Shown piece by piece: positions 31,297 through 40,645 of a DNA stretch of 64,000 nt. Source of the stretch: Alphaproteobacteria bacterium (GTDB taxonomy: Bacteria; Pseudomonadota; Alphaproteobacteria; RF32; CAG-239); NCBI GenBank assembly GCA_047975765.1, contig JBKEEF010000013.1, positions 67,727 to 131,726 on the forward strand. The letters run 5' to 3'. The notes beneath the pieces are model-generated. The model made no database searches, was not told where the DNA came from, and was given only the letters and a program-made list of their open reading frames with translations. Numbering within the stretch: the first letter of the stretch is position 1; each line of letters begins with the position of its first letter. The position numbers were made by a program, and so were the translations under genes.

Positions 31297-31529
31297 TATG
31301 CTGTTTCACTAAAATCCATGTCAAATTCTTCATTATTGTTGTTGTTGTTGTTGTTGTTTCCATTTTCAATAGTAGGGAAGCGATATAGTTTTATTTTTCT
31401 TGAAAACTCTTTGATTTCCAATTTTCCCATAACAACATATTTATTCAAAGTTCTGTTGTCGCCATTTTTGGCAAGAATACCAAGTGTTTCTTTCATCTCT
31501 TTCGGAGTTTTCCAATCGTTATCATTCAT
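31296..31529 (-). CDS. putative excisionase-like small protein with poly-Asn tract
   Basis: 77 aa immediately upstream of int. Contains N9 encoded by an (AAC)7(AAT)2 run. Confidence 0.3.
   Translation of the reverse strand: MNDNDWKTPKEMKETLGILAKNGDNRTLNKYVVMGKLEIKEFSRKIKLYRFPTIENGNNNNNNNNNEEFDMDFSETA
31336..31357. repeat. trinucleotide microsatellite (GTT)7 / (AAC)7 inside the xis-like gene
   Basis: An uninterrupted GTT repeat is visible in the sequence. Confidence 0.8.
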
Positions 31530-31942
31530 ATTTTTTCTCCTAATTTAATCTCAAAAACCTTTTCAAGGTTGAGGTCGTTTTTGTTGCGTGTGACAGAAAT
31601 TGAGATAATCTCAAAAGTCATTTTTCTGCCACCATATCCCAAAGAAAACTCAATGTATTTGAATGGTTGCTTTTTAAGTCTGGTTATCCAGTAAGGCTTA
31701 AATTCTCTGAACTCGCTTGTCTTTGAACCGTTTTCAATCTTTTCGAACCATTCAGCTTTCAAGATGATGTTCTTGAGAGTTCCGAACCTTGCTTGACCGC
31801 AATCGCAATATTCATCATATCCGTTTTCGGTATCGATATTTTTTGAGCCACAAGTTGGGCAAATAAAACTACTCATCGTCAAGCCGCACCTATTACAAAC
31901 ATAAATTGGTTCATTACTCATTGTTTGGTTGCTCCTTATCAA
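31526..31942 (-). CDS. zinc-ribbon plus ASCH (PUA-like) domain protein
   Basis: N-terminal CNRCG...CPTCG zinc ribbon. C-terminal ILKAEWFEKIENGSKTSEFREF resembles the ASCH GxKTxExR core. Confidence 0.45.
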   Translation of the reverse strand: MIRSNQTMSNEPIYVCNRCGLTMSSFICPTCGSKNIDTENGYDEYCDCGQARFGTLKNIILKAEWFEKIENGSKTSEFREFKPYWITRLKKQPFKYIEFSLGYGGRKMTFEIISISVTRNKNDLNLEKVFEIKLGEKI

Positions 31943-32144
31943 AATTTCTTACAAAGCCTTCAATAAATCTTCCAATTACCTCTTTTTCATAAGATGATAG
32001 TTCTTTTTTAGAAAAAAAATTGAATGTTGCAGAATAGGAATCACTACCTTGAATGGAGACACCTCTTTTCTGCTTTTTCACTTCACAGCAAGTTAAGTCA
32101 AAAACTTTTACTTCATTGCCGTTAATTTCCAATGTCATACTCAT
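31914..32144 (-). CDS. hypothetical phage protein
   Basis: 76-aa ORF in the early-left operon. Confidence 0.3.
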   Translation of the reverse strand: MSMTLEINGNEVKVFDLTCCEVKKQKRGVSIQGSDSYSATFNFFSKKELSSYEKEVIGRFIEGFVRNFDKEQPNNE

Positions 32145-32344
32145 TGCTGCATCTCCGAAATTATTTGATATGTCGTTGTTGTTCCGTCGGGATACACAAT
32201 CCCTGTTTGTTCGCCTTCTTCTAGGCTTTTTCTGAATTGGTCAGTGTCTTCGACCCTTTCTTCAATTCGTTCTAGGTATTCATCAAGCTGTTGTCTATTC
32301 ATGAGAACAACGCTAGTAACGAGCAATTTTATTTTGTCACTCAT
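32141..32344 (-). CDS. hypothetical phage protein
   Basis: 67 aa. Its start overlaps the stop of the upstream ORF. Confidence 0.3.
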   Translation of the reverse strand: MSDKIKLLVTSVVLMNRQQLDEYLERIEERVEDTDQFRKSLEEGEQTGIVYPDGTTTTYQIISEMQQ

Positions 32345-32506
32345 CTTTGAACATCCTTAAAATATAAATTATTGCGCATATAGCCCATGCGGAGAATGAA
32401 ATAAACCAAGCAAAAATTGTTTTGTTTCCCAAAATTTCAAAAACTGGTAAAAATAAAAACATCAAACCGTTGAAAAGATACATAAGGAAAAGAAATTTTT
32501 TGTTTT

Positions 32507-33142
32507 TCATGCTACCTCCTTGTTAATTATCTCTAGTATTTCTCGGGCTTTCATCTTTATATCTTCCAACCTAGCGTGAGGGTCACAATTACAATCGCTG
32601 TAAATTTCTATGTCATTTATCCCGTCTTTAGCCTGTTGGAGCTTAGCTTGAAGACTACCAACTTGATTAGATAATCTAAATATAACTTCTGTAGCCGTGT
32701 CGTATTCAAGTTCTTTGGCTTCTAGTTGTTGCTCTTGATTTCTTATAGTTTTTCCAAAATCTATCAATTCTTTTGAATCTCTATTCTGTGTCTGAACAAG
32801 CAATTCAATTTGTGAATTTGCAGTGAGGAGTTGTTCTTCCTTTTTCTCAAATTCTTCACAAAGTCTTGAACGCAGCTCATCAAGAGCCATAAGGTCTTTT
32901 TTGTGATCTTCTGAAAGTTCTCTCTCGGAGTTTTCAAAAACCACTATTCCTTCCATTTCTTCAAGGAAATTTCTTTCTAATATTTCTACAGGAGCTTTCT
33001 TTTCTTCCTTACCAACAAAGAAGTCAAAGTCTTTATTAATTTCTCTTGTACTTTCAGATACGCAATCAGTTATTGTAGCGACACCAACGATACCTCCAAA
33101 ATCTAATTCTTTAGGTAAATCTCTTAATCTTTTAATAGCCAT
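32507..33142 (-). CDS. hypothetical coiled-coil phage protein
   Basis: 211 aa with a heptad-rich middle region. Confidence 0.4.
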   Translation of the reverse strand: MAIKRLRDLPKELDFGGIVGVATITDCVSESTREINKDFDFFVGKEEKKAPVEILERNFLEEMEGIVVFENSERELSEDHKKDLMALDELRSRLCEEFEKKEEQLLTANSQIELLVQTQNRDSKELIDFGKTIRNQEQQLEAKELEYDTATEVIFRLSNQVGSLQAKLQQAKDGINDIEIYSDCNCDPHARLEDIKMKAREILEIINKEVA

Positions 33143-33178
33143 AATTACTCTCCTAAAACTGCTTTAATTTTATTAACC

Positions 33179-33631
33179 CTAAGAGCCAGAGCCATCGCCA
33201 AAGCCATCGCCAAAGCCAGAGCCATCGCCAAAGCCATCGCCAAAGCCAGAGCCAGAGCCAAAGCCAGAGCCATCGCCAAAGCCATCGCCAAAGCCAGAGC
33301 CAGAGCCAAAGCCAGAGCCAGAGCCAAAGCCATTGCCATCGCCATTGCCATAGCCATCGCCAGAGCCATTGCCAGAGCCATTGCCATCGCCAAAGCCAGA
33401 GCCAGAGCCAAAGCCAAAGCCAGAGCCAGAGCCAGAGCCATTGCCATTGCCAAAGCCAGAGCCAGAGCCAAAGCCATCGCCAGAGCCATTGCCATTGCCA
33501 GAGCCATTGCCATTGCCAAAGCCAGAGCCAGAGCCAAAGCCATCGCCAGAGCCATTGCCATTGCCAAAGCCAGAGCCAGAGCCAAAGCCATCGCCAGAGC
33601 CAAGACCTAGATATTCATCTTCTTTATTCAT
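33179..33631 (-). CDS. glycine-rich (GSG/GNG/GDG/GFG) low-complexity protein
   Basis: ATG with an AAGGA RBS. 150 aa, almost entirely G-x repeats, encoded by a hexanucleotide repeat. An alternative MALAMAL frame (33145-33603) is also open but lacks an RBS. Confidence 0.4.
   Translation of the reverse strand: MNKEDEYLGLGSGDGFGSGSGFGNGNGSGDGFGSGSGFGNGNGSGNGNGSGDGFGSGSGFGNGNGSGSGSGFGFGSGSGFGDGNGSGNGSGDGYGNGDGNGFGSGSGFGSGSGFGDGFGDGSGFGSGSGFGDGFGDGSGFGDGFGDGSGS
33180..33600. repeat. hexanucleotide-based tandem repeat (GCCAAA/GCCAGA/GCCATC/GCCATT units), about 420 bp
   Basis: Direct inspection. Three of the six frames are open across it. Confidence 0.85.
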
Positions 33632-34139
33632 AGGAAATCCTTCTTAAAATATCTGAACCATAATTATTTTTACAAATTTCTAAAAACTCCAAAGGTGTGA
33701 ACCCTTTTTGTAAGTCAATACTTTTATTTTTTACAAAATTTTCTCTTCCTTGTTCGCATGAACCAGTTAAGATAAAATGCCAATTGAAGAAATCTTGACC
33801 TTTATATTTCTTGTTTTTTTTGAAAATATTTTTGAATTCTTTTATCTTTTCATCTATATGCATATTTGCAAAAAATTTTGCCATTGCACTATCTGATGAT
33901 TCTTTTATAGTTTTCCCGTGTGCAGTAAACCCATTAAAACTTGATACAAAACATTCTTCTGTTGTCATATTGTCGTTTAGGATAAATCCTTTTATAATAC
34001 CCTTTTTTATAGATTTTATAAGTGTTGGGACTTTATCTATATAAATAACCTCCATACCAAAAATCTTTTTAAATATTGGTTTTGTATTATTTGGATTTCC
34101 ATTATATTTGAAATCAATTGCCATGTTTAAGCTCTCCAC
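33624..34139 (-). CDS. hypothetical phage protein
   Basis: 171-aa ORF. Confidence 0.4.
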   Translation of the reverse strand: MESLNMAIDFKYNGNPNNTKPIFKKIFGMEVIYIDKVPTLIKSIKKGIIKGFILNDNMTTEECFVSSFNGFTAHGKTIKESSDSAMAKFFANMHIDEKIKEFKNIFKKNKKYKGQDFFNWHFILTGSCEQGRENFVKNKSIDLQKGFTPLEFLEICKNNYGSDILRRISYE

Positions 34140-34477
34140 TCTGGGACGTTATCTATATTTGCTTGAGCTTCTTTTGTTACTGGGAGCACCTCTATAACGT
34201 TAGGTAGATATATCCCTCCTTCATCTTTTATGGTGACACAAAACTTACAATTTGAAGGGCTTTTAGTTCCGTAAACTGCTAATTCAGAAAGGCTCGCAGC
34301 TCCAGACCAATACCATATACGACGTGCATTTTGTAATATACATTCTCCTTTTTCTAGTTGTTTGATATTGCCATACCAAACACCAGCAGAATATGTTCTT
34401 ATAATGTATTTTTTTGTAGAATTTGTTTCAGTCATTGTTATTTTCCTTAAAAAAATTAGAATATTTTTCTGAACCAT
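34127..34477 (-). CDS. hypothetical phage protein
   Basis: 116-aa ORF. Confidence 0.35.
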   Translation of the reverse strand: MVQKNILIFLRKITMTETNSTKKYIIRTYSAGVWYGNIKQLEKGECILQNARRIWYWSGAASLSELAVYGTKSPSNCKFCVTIKDEGGIYLPNVIEVLPVTKEAQANIDNVPEWRA

Positions 34478-35762
34478 ATTGACCTTTAGTCAATTCGATT
34501 ACGATTGCAGGTGTAATCTCCTTTAGAGATTTTATTTTTTCTGAATTATTACTACAGAAGTTCTTTATTCCAAATTCGCAAGCACCAGTTATAATTCTAT
34601 AACTTTCAATCGCATCTTTTAGAGATATCTTTGTCTTGAGATTCCATTTTTTGAATTTACTAGTATCTTTTGAAGATATCTTGTAAATCAAACTTTCTTT
34701 TGCTTGCTTGATTGTTTCGCCGTGGGAATAAACATTTCCATCAGTGACGATGTAAGTTAATTTTCCTCTAACTTTAACCTTCATAGCATTTTTAAGCTGC
34801 TTAACGACTTCGCAGAAAATTCCATCAATTTTACGGTATTTTCCATTTTGCCAAGAAAATTCAATATTGATTGTTATGCTTGCTCTTATTCTTGAAGATA
34901 TATTGTATGTAGGTTTATTTACTTTAACTTTTTTATGTAGATCACTTCTGAGGTCTAGATAACCACCAACAGTTGGATTAAATCCCTCTGGAATTGATGT
35001 CAAACTACTGAGGTCTAGATAACCACCAACAGTTGGATTAAATCCCTCTGGAATTGATGTCAAACTTCTGAGGTATAGAGAACCGCCAACAGTTGGATTA
35101 AATCCCTCTGGAATTGATGTCAAACTTCTGAGGTCTAGATAATCACCAACAGTTGGATTAAATCCCTCTGGAATTGATGTCAAACTACTGAGGTCTAGAG
35201 AACCGCCAACAGTTGGATTAAATCCCTCTGGAATTGATGTCAAACTACTGAGGTCTAGAGAACCGCCAACAGTTGGATTAAATCCCTCTGGAATTGATGT
35301 CAAACTTCTGAGGTATAGAGAACCGCCAACAGTTGGATTAAATCCCTCTGGAATTGATGTCAAACTACCGAGGTATAGAGAACCGCCAACAGTTGGATTA
35401 AATCCCTCTGGAATTGATGTCAAACTTCTGAGGTATAGAGAACCGCCAACAGTTGGATTAAATCCCTCTGGAATTGATGTCAAACTTCTGAGGTCTAGAG
35501 AACCGCCAACAGTTGGATTAAATCCCTCTGGAATTGATGTCAAACTACTGAGGTCTAGAGAACCGCCAACAGTTGGATTAAATCCCTCTGGAATTGATGT
35601 CAAACTACCGAGGTATAGAGAACCGCCAACAGTTGGATTAAATCCCTCTGGAATTGATGTCAAACTACTGAGGTCTAGAGAACCGCCAACAGTTTCTTTA
35701 CCGAAAAATTGGTCTTCCGTTAAATTGTATTTTTTACAAAAATTTTGCTGTTCTTTATTCAT
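34428..35762 (-). CDS. tandem-repeat protein with 12.5 x 20-aa LRR-like repeats (..SL[D/Y]L[S/R/G]SLTSIPEGFNPTVGG..)
   Basis: A 60-bp near-perfect DNA repeat array translates into 20-aa units. The C-terminal 180 aa is non-repetitive. Confidence 0.6.
   Translation of the reverse strand: MNKEQQNFCKKYNLTEDQFFGKETVGGSLDLSSLTSIPEGFNPTVGGSLYLGSLTSIPEGFNPTVGGSLDLSSLTSIPEGFNPTVGGSLDLRSLTSIPEGFNPTVGGSLYLRSLTSIPEGFNPTVGGSLYLGSLTSIPEGFNPTVGGSLYLRSLTSIPEGFNPTVGGSLDLSSLTSIPEGFNPTVGGSLDLSSLTSIPEGFNPTVGDYLDLRSLTSIPEGFNPTVGGSLYLRSLTSIPEGFNPTVGGYLDLSSLTSIPEGFNPTVGGYLDLRSDLHKKVKVNKPTYNISSRIRASITINIEFSWQNGKYRKIDGIFCEVVKQLKNAMKVKVRGKLTYIVTDGNVYSHGETIKQAKESLIYKISSKDTSKFKKWNLKTKISLKDAIESYRIITGACEFGIKNFCSNNSEKIKSLKEITPAIVIELTKGQYGSEKYSNFFKENNND
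34941..35700. repeat. 60-bp tandem repeat array, about 12.5 copies, coding
   Basis: Units such as AATCCCTCTGGAATTGATGTCAAACTTCTGAGGTATAGAGAACCGCCAACAGTTGGATTA differ at only a few positions. Confidence 0.9.
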
Positions 35763-35829
35763 TGATTTTATATCCTTTTATTGTTTGTAATTTGTGAGCC
35801 TTTTCTCAACTTGCTTAGGTTGGTTGTAA

Positions 35830-36897
35830 CTAAACTTCTGTAATCCTTACACCTCGATTTTGGTTTTCAGCAAAAAGTAAAATGTTGCCGATATGTCCAG
35901 CCCTAGCGTTAGCTCTAACTTCCGACAATATTGTTTCGTAGCTGACAATCTGATTCGACACCCCTTTTAGGATTCGGCAGAATATTTCTACGCTTTTAGT
36001 TCTCTCGATTTTATCAAAAGACTTAATGAAATAGTTCAAACAGTCCACCACTTCATAAGGTTTTAACATTGTACGAGTTAGTAAGAATTCCATGTCATTT
36101 AGGAACTCGAAACGATCGACACTTGTGTTTTTTGCTATAGTTGGGAGTTTTTCATCTAAAGCATGGTTTACAACTGATTTAATTATACCGCCGATTTCTT
36201 GTCTGGCTTTGGATGATAAAACAATCTCACGCTTGCTACTTGGCTTTTTACGTAAGTGCGTAGAGACTTTAACTAGGTCATTGCTTGTAGAATAAGAGCC
36301 TGTTTTACGAATACTAGGGAGTACTTCTTCACATACCCAATCAGTAAATGCCTCAGCCTCTGGTTTTCGGCTTTGAAAAGCAACTTTATAAACGTTCTTC
36401 TCGTTTATAAATGAAACTGATTGAGTTCTACCTAAGTTGTCGATGGTGTCCACAGTACGGACGCCATCTTTTAAACGGGCAATAACATTGCGATTGTTTT
36501 TGATTGATAAAGCTTCACACACATCCACACCGCAAAAGTATGGTTCGTTGTTAACTAGCTCAGCTCTTACTTGATTGTTTTTGAAATTAAATATAGTTAA
36601 TGAATTTGTCATTTTGTATACTCCTTGAATGATTAGGAGCAGTCCGAAACGACATTTTTCTAAGAATGGCGTCCCGAAGTTAGAAAACCCGTATTCAAGG
36701 AAACGAGCAACATAGCCTTTAGCTTTCGCTTGGACATAGCTAAGTTCTTCGGGACATAAAAAATTCGCCATATAATTAACGATTGGCGATTGTCCGCCTT
36801 GAATAAAGGAGTTTCTACGCTCCATTACAGCATTTACTGTAACAACTCCATTGTATCTATATTTAGAATCTATTGTCAACATATTTTTATTTCTCAT
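35830..36897 (-). CDS. Bro-N domain protein (putative antirepressor) with N-terminal extension
   Basis: The central FNFKNNQVRAELVNNEPYFCGVDVCEALSIKN...KPEAEAFTDWVCEEVLPSIRKTG matches the Bro-N consensus. A possible internal start is MTNSL. Confidence 0.7.
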   Translation of the reverse strand: MRNKNMLTIDSKYRYNGVVTVNAVMERRNSFIQGGQSPIVNYMANFLCPEELSYVQAKAKGYVARFLEYGFSNFGTPFLEKCRFGLLLIIQGVYKMTNSLTIFNFKNNQVRAELVNNEPYFCGVDVCEALSIKNNRNVIARLKDGVRTVDTIDNLGRTQSVSFINEKNVYKVAFQSRKPEAEAFTDWVCEEVLPSIRKTGSYSTSNDLVKVSTHLRKKPSSKREIVLSSKARQEIGGIIKSVVNHALDEKLPTIAKNTSVDRFEFLNDMEFLLTRTMLKPYEVVDCLNYFIKSFDKIERTKSVEIFCRILKGVSNQIVSYETILSEVRANARAGHIGNILLFAENQNRGVRITEV

Positions 36898-37002
36898 TTT
36901 TATTAAGTTGTTAAGAGTTAGTACGTTTTAGTTTATTATTTAGAATGGGATATCATCATCAAAATTGTTATCCATTTGCTCGGGTGGTCTTGGGGCATTT
37001 CG

Positions 37003-37863
37003 TTATGCGAGAGGGTCTACATCTCCTTCAATTACTTCTCCCGTCTCAGCATTAAAGTTTTCTTCAATTTGTTTTTGATGTTGATTTGTAGTTTCCTCAA
37101 AGTCGGCGTCAATGTAATTAGGTTCGCCTTTGTCGTTCAAGACAGCCATGTCGTTCTCGTAGGCTTTTTGCATATCAACGGACATGATTCCCCATTTACT
37201 GATGAGCTGACGAAGCATTGTTTTGAACGCCATTCCGTCAAAGTCCTTTTCCCAAAAAGTGTAGCCTTTCTTTGCTTTGTAACCCATCGAGTATTTAAGG
37301 GCATGAGCTTCCATTTTTGCTTTAGACCAGTACATAGTCTTTCTAAACCCATTCATGTACTCAAACATTGCATAGTAGCCAATTGTAGTAGCATTTTCTC
37401 TTGCTTCTTCATCATCAATGAGCTTGACTTCAATTTCTTCGTTGAGAGGATCATACTTAATTAGTTCACCCTCTTTGATAGCGATAACGTTCAGTTTTTT
37501 GTATTGTCCTGAGCGGATAGCAAGCTGAATATATCCCTTGTATCCAAGTTGGAATTGAGCCACTGTGCGACCAAGTTTGTTGTCTTTGAATGGCACAAAA
37601 TAATATTGACCGAGCTGAGGGCTTGGAGATAGCTTCAAAGCTTCCCCGAGCATTGCTGCCGACAAAACTGTTCCGTGGTCACATTCTGCAATAGCAGGGT
37701 TTGTGCTGACTGCAGAAATTACAGATGTAATAAAACGTTGTCCGTCTTTTCCTCCAATCACTTCATTGATTTTAGCTTTCACTCCTTCTCCCGTTAAAAA
37801 AGTGCTGAAAGTTGCTTTTTTTTGGACTAAAGAATTTTTGTTTTGATTTGCTACCGTGTTCAT
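37003..37863 (-). CDS. recT: RecT family single-strand annealing recombinase
   Basis: 286 aa. RecT-like core GQYYFVPFKDNKLGRTVAQFQLGYKGYIQLAIRSGQY. Confidence 0.85.
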   Translation of the reverse strand: MNTVANQNKNSLVQKKATFSTFLTGEGVKAKINEVIGGKDGQRFITSVISAVSTNPAIAECDHGTVLSAAMLGEALKLSPSPQLGQYYFVPFKDNKLGRTVAQFQLGYKGYIQLAIRSGQYKKLNVIAIKEGELIKYDPLNEEIEVKLIDDEEARENATTIGYYAMFEYMNGFRKTMYWSKAKMEAHALKYSMGYKAKKGYTFWEKDFDGMAFKTMLRQLISKWGIMSVDMQKAYENDMAVLNDKGEPNYIDADFEETTNQHQKQIEENFNAETGEVIEGDVDPLA

Positions 37864-38696
37864 TATTTTACGCTCCCGTATTTAATGTTGTTTTTTGTTA
37901 AAAATTCTTTCAAATCTTGTTTTTGTTTTTCACTTACCCAAACACGAAAATCAATTTGTTGTAGACTTTCAGGTTGTTCTGCCTGTTTAATTGGTGTTTG
38001 GATAAAATCTGTTTTTGCTTCAACAGCTGGTTGTGGTGTTAAAGCTATTTTGCTTTCTTCATAAGCTTTGAGCTTTGCTCTCTGTTCTTCAAGCCTATTT
38101 TTTTCTTGAAGTGCAGCTGAAAGGTCAAAATTCTTTAGGTAAAAATCTTTAATTTGTGACTCAAATTCTGATTTCAAATCAGTGATAACCTTTAGGTCTT
38201 TCTCTGTTCTTTCAATAAATTCATTTATTTCATCATTAACAGATGCAATCTTGACAGTGGCATTAAGCCATTTTTCATTAAAGATTGTTTCAAATTGTAT
38301 TAACTCTTTAAGTCCACCAGAAAAGTTATCCCAAAACTCATGAATTTGAGCCTTTTTTTCTTCTTTTTGGGAGTTTTCAAAATTTTTTACTTGCGTATCA
38401 ATCGCAAGAATTGGTTCATCAATCATTGAAACAATTTCTTTGATGTCTTTTTCAAAAGCTTCATAAGGCTCTAAGCATTTTTTCTTAATTTCTTTTCTTT
38501 TTTCTTCAATTGCAGCCTTAAACTTATTAAGAGTAGCTCTATCTGATTTGGCATCTTTAATTTCATTTTCGCTATAAGTTAGACCTTTATATTTTTCCAA
38601 ACTTGCAGATAGTTCCTTCTTGATTTCTTCTTTGTTAAACTCAATAGATTTCAAAAAGCCTTTATCTTCTGTTGGATTGAGGATTATTATTTCCAT
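37863..38696 (-). CDS. coiled-coil K/E-rich phage protein (between RecT and exonuclease; DUF1351-like position)
   Basis: 277 aa, largely heptad repeats. Confidence 0.4.
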   Translation of the reverse strand: MEIIILNPTEDKGFLKSIEFNKEEIKKELSASLEKYKGLTYSENEIKDAKSDRATLNKFKAAIEEKRKEIKKKCLEPYEAFEKDIKEIVSMIDEPILAIDTQVKNFENSQKEEKKAQIHEFWDNFSGGLKELIQFETIFNEKWLNATVKIASVNDEINEFIERTEKDLKVITDLKSEFESQIKDFYLKNFDLSAALQEKNRLEEQRAKLKAYEESKIALTPQPAVEAKTDFIQTPIKQAEQPESLQQIDFRVWVSEKQKQDLKEFLTKNNIKYGSVK

Positions 38697-38709
38697 TGTC
38701 TTTTCCTTG

Positions 38710-39378
38710 TTAAATTTGCGGTAACACTAGGTTTGGTTTAATGTCTTTGGCGACATATTGTTGCCAAAATTTGATTTCTTCTTTTTGCAAGAACTCAATA
38801 TCATCTTGGATATTCTCGCGTTTGAAGAAATAGTGGCGTTGAGTTATACGGATTTGTCCGTCGTAAATGCTCTTTAGTTGAGCTTTAAGGATAGCGAAGT
38901 CATAACCTGTTACGCCGAGATAGTGCAAAATCTGACAGTAGTAATTTTGAGGAATCCTGTCGTTCCATTTTTCAAGCTGCATAGATTGCAAAATGTTAGT
39001 GGTCTTGATCTCTAAGATTCCTTTTCTCCCTGTTGATTTTTCAGTCAACTCACCATCAAGAGATGCTGAAAGAAAATCAAACCTTGGGTGTCTGATAATA
39101 TCAAACCCTTTTTCAACTACTTCGTATTCTGGATAATCCAACTTAAAGAGTTCTCTCAATGGGTTCTCAGCCTTAACGCCATATTGAACACAATCTTTGT
39201 TTGAGATGTCGGCTTGTTCTTTACGGCCTGTTTTGATTTCCCAAAGTTGAACATTGGTCATATATGGATTGCAGCCTACTATTGCTGCAGCATCTGAACC
39301 ACCGATGCCTTTTTTTCTTTCTTCAAGCCACTGTTCACGAGTTACTTCCATCACTCTAATCCTTTTCTTTTTCTTCAA
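38710..39378 (-). CDS. YqaJ-like viral recombinase-domain exonuclease (PD-(D/E)xK)
   Basis: GIGGSDAAAIVGCNPYMTNVQLWEIKTG...LEIKTT matches the YqaJ/lambda-exonuclease family. Paired with RecT. Confidence 0.8.
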   Translation of the reverse strand: MKKKKRIRVMEVTREQWLEERKKGIGGSDAAAIVGCNPYMTNVQLWEIKTGRKEQADISNKDCVQYGVKAENPLRELFKLDYPEYEVVEKGFDIIRHPRFDFLSASLDGELTEKSTGRKGILEIKTTNILQSMQLEKWNDRIPQNYYCQILHYLGVTGYDFAILKAQLKSIYDGQIRITQRHYFFKRENIQDDIEFLQKEEIKFWQQYVAKDIKPNLVLPQI

Positions 39379-39616
39379 TCATCTTCAATATCGTTTGCCT
39401 TAAAATTCTCATCTCATACCTAACTTCAGGAACATCACTTTCTTTTTCGATTTTTAGGCAATAACCAATAATTTTATGTAATTCATTCATAACCCACCCC
39501 ATTCACCAGTTAAAATCCCGATTGTTAAAACACTTCCCCAGACGATTATTGTTGCAATAATCAACATGACTGAAATTGGGTGTGACAGGTCCATATTTGA
39601 AAGAAATTGTTTCATT

Positions 39617-39928
39617 CTAATTCTCCAAAATTTCTTTGATTAAAATTCTTGCAAGCTCTGTTAAATCATCTCGGATTTTGTCCTCGTGGATAAAGTCTTC
39701 AAAACAGCCACTATTGTCAGACAATAGTTTTTCAATAGCTTTATCTTCGACTTCTTCCTCGGAAAGTTCATAGGGAAAGTATTTGTTGCTATCTCTGTCA
39801 AAGATCATTCCTTTCTTTTCAGGTTTGAAATCCCTTACAAAAGAATTGTTTATATTGAGATTTTCCTTCACTCCTTTTTCGAAAGAAATGAACGCTGGTA
39901 TGTTTCTTAATTGTTGAATGATTTCCAT
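39617..39928 (-). CDS. hypothetical phage protein (first gene of the leftward early operon)
   Basis: 103 aa, acidic. Confidence 0.35.
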   Translation of the reverse strand: MEIIQQLRNIPAFISFEKGVKENLNINNSFVRDFKPEKKGMIFDRDSNKYFPYELSEEEVEDKAIEKLLSDNSGCFEDFIHEDKIRDDLTELARILIKEILEN

Positions 39929-39957
39929 TTTGTTTGCCCCGTGTTAACTTATAGAAC

Positions 39958-40012
39958 TAGATTATGATATTCGTAATTTAATGTCAATAATAAAATTATT
40001 AAAATCGTAATT
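39958..40012. promoter_or_regulatory. putative OL operator cluster (2 x TCGTAAT sites)
   Basis: ATATTCGTAATTTAAT and AAAATCGTAATTATTT share the core found three times in the cI/cro intergenic region. Confidence 0.4.
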
Positions 40013-40168
40013 ATTTAAACATGGAGCATTCAACCGATTGATTTTCAATGAAAGATTTTTTAATTTTGATATGAGATAATGCCAATTATGACGAATATTT
40101 CATGATTAAATTTGAAATTGTGCATAAAAAAAAGAGCCTTAACTGGCTCTTTTTGGGTAAATGTTATA

Positions 40169-40645
40169 TTATTTTTTATCTTTATGAATTGATTTAGATT
40201 TTATTCTTGCTACCCCAGATATTACAGAAACAGTTGCTAAAATTGATAAGAGAACTTTTACAATCCAAGATTTATCTAAATAAATTGCATACGATGAGAG
40301 TAATAAAACTCCTATTACTATTATGAAACCCATTATTGTGCCAAATAAGCGATATTGGTTATCTTTCATTTGAAAAGTATGTGAAAAGTTTTGTTCTTTT
40401 TCTGCCATCGAAATAATTCTATCCATAGATCCTGGACATGCTTTTTCATAATCTGCTAATATTTCTGGTGGAGGTAATGGGCCTCTATGAATGGATTGAC
40501 TCGTCTGTTCAACTCTTACAGTCAACTTTGGGTCTTTACTTAAAGAATCAGCACCACTTAAAAGCCTTTTTTTATTATCTTCAATATTTTTCTTTTGAGT
40601 TATATTTGTCAAAACACTTTTATTTGTTTTTTTGTTCTTTTTCAT
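40169..40645 (-). CDS. membrane protein encoded downstream of cI (lysogeny operon moron)
   Basis: 158 aa. Basic N-terminus and two C-terminal transmembrane helices. Same strand as cI, upstream of the putative OL. Confidence 0.45.
   Translation of the reverse strand: MKKNKKTNKSVLTNITQKKNIEDNKKRLLSGADSLSKDPKLTVRVEQTSQSIHRGPLPPPEILADYEKACPGSMDRIISMAEKEQNFSHTFQMKDNQYRLFGTIMGFIIVIGVLLLSSYAIYLDKSWIVKVLLSILATVSVISGVARIKSKSIHKDKK

Noticed and set aside
33145-33603. Alternative minus-strand frame giving a MALAMALAL... poly-Ala/Leu/Met protein, and the plus-strand PEPKPEPE frame (33369-33647)
   Set aside because: These frames are open only because the hexamer repeat lacks stop codons. Neither has an RBS or a sensible start, and the Gly-rich frame does. 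Kept as a caveat, not as a gene.
34941-35700. The 60-bp repeat array as a possible CRISPR array
   Set aside because: There are no unique spacers. The units are contiguous, nearly identical, and in-frame coding within a long ORF. No cas genes are nearby.
36976-37464. Plus-strand 162-aa ORF
   Set aside because: It is fully antisense to recT, with hydrophobic junk composition and no RBS.
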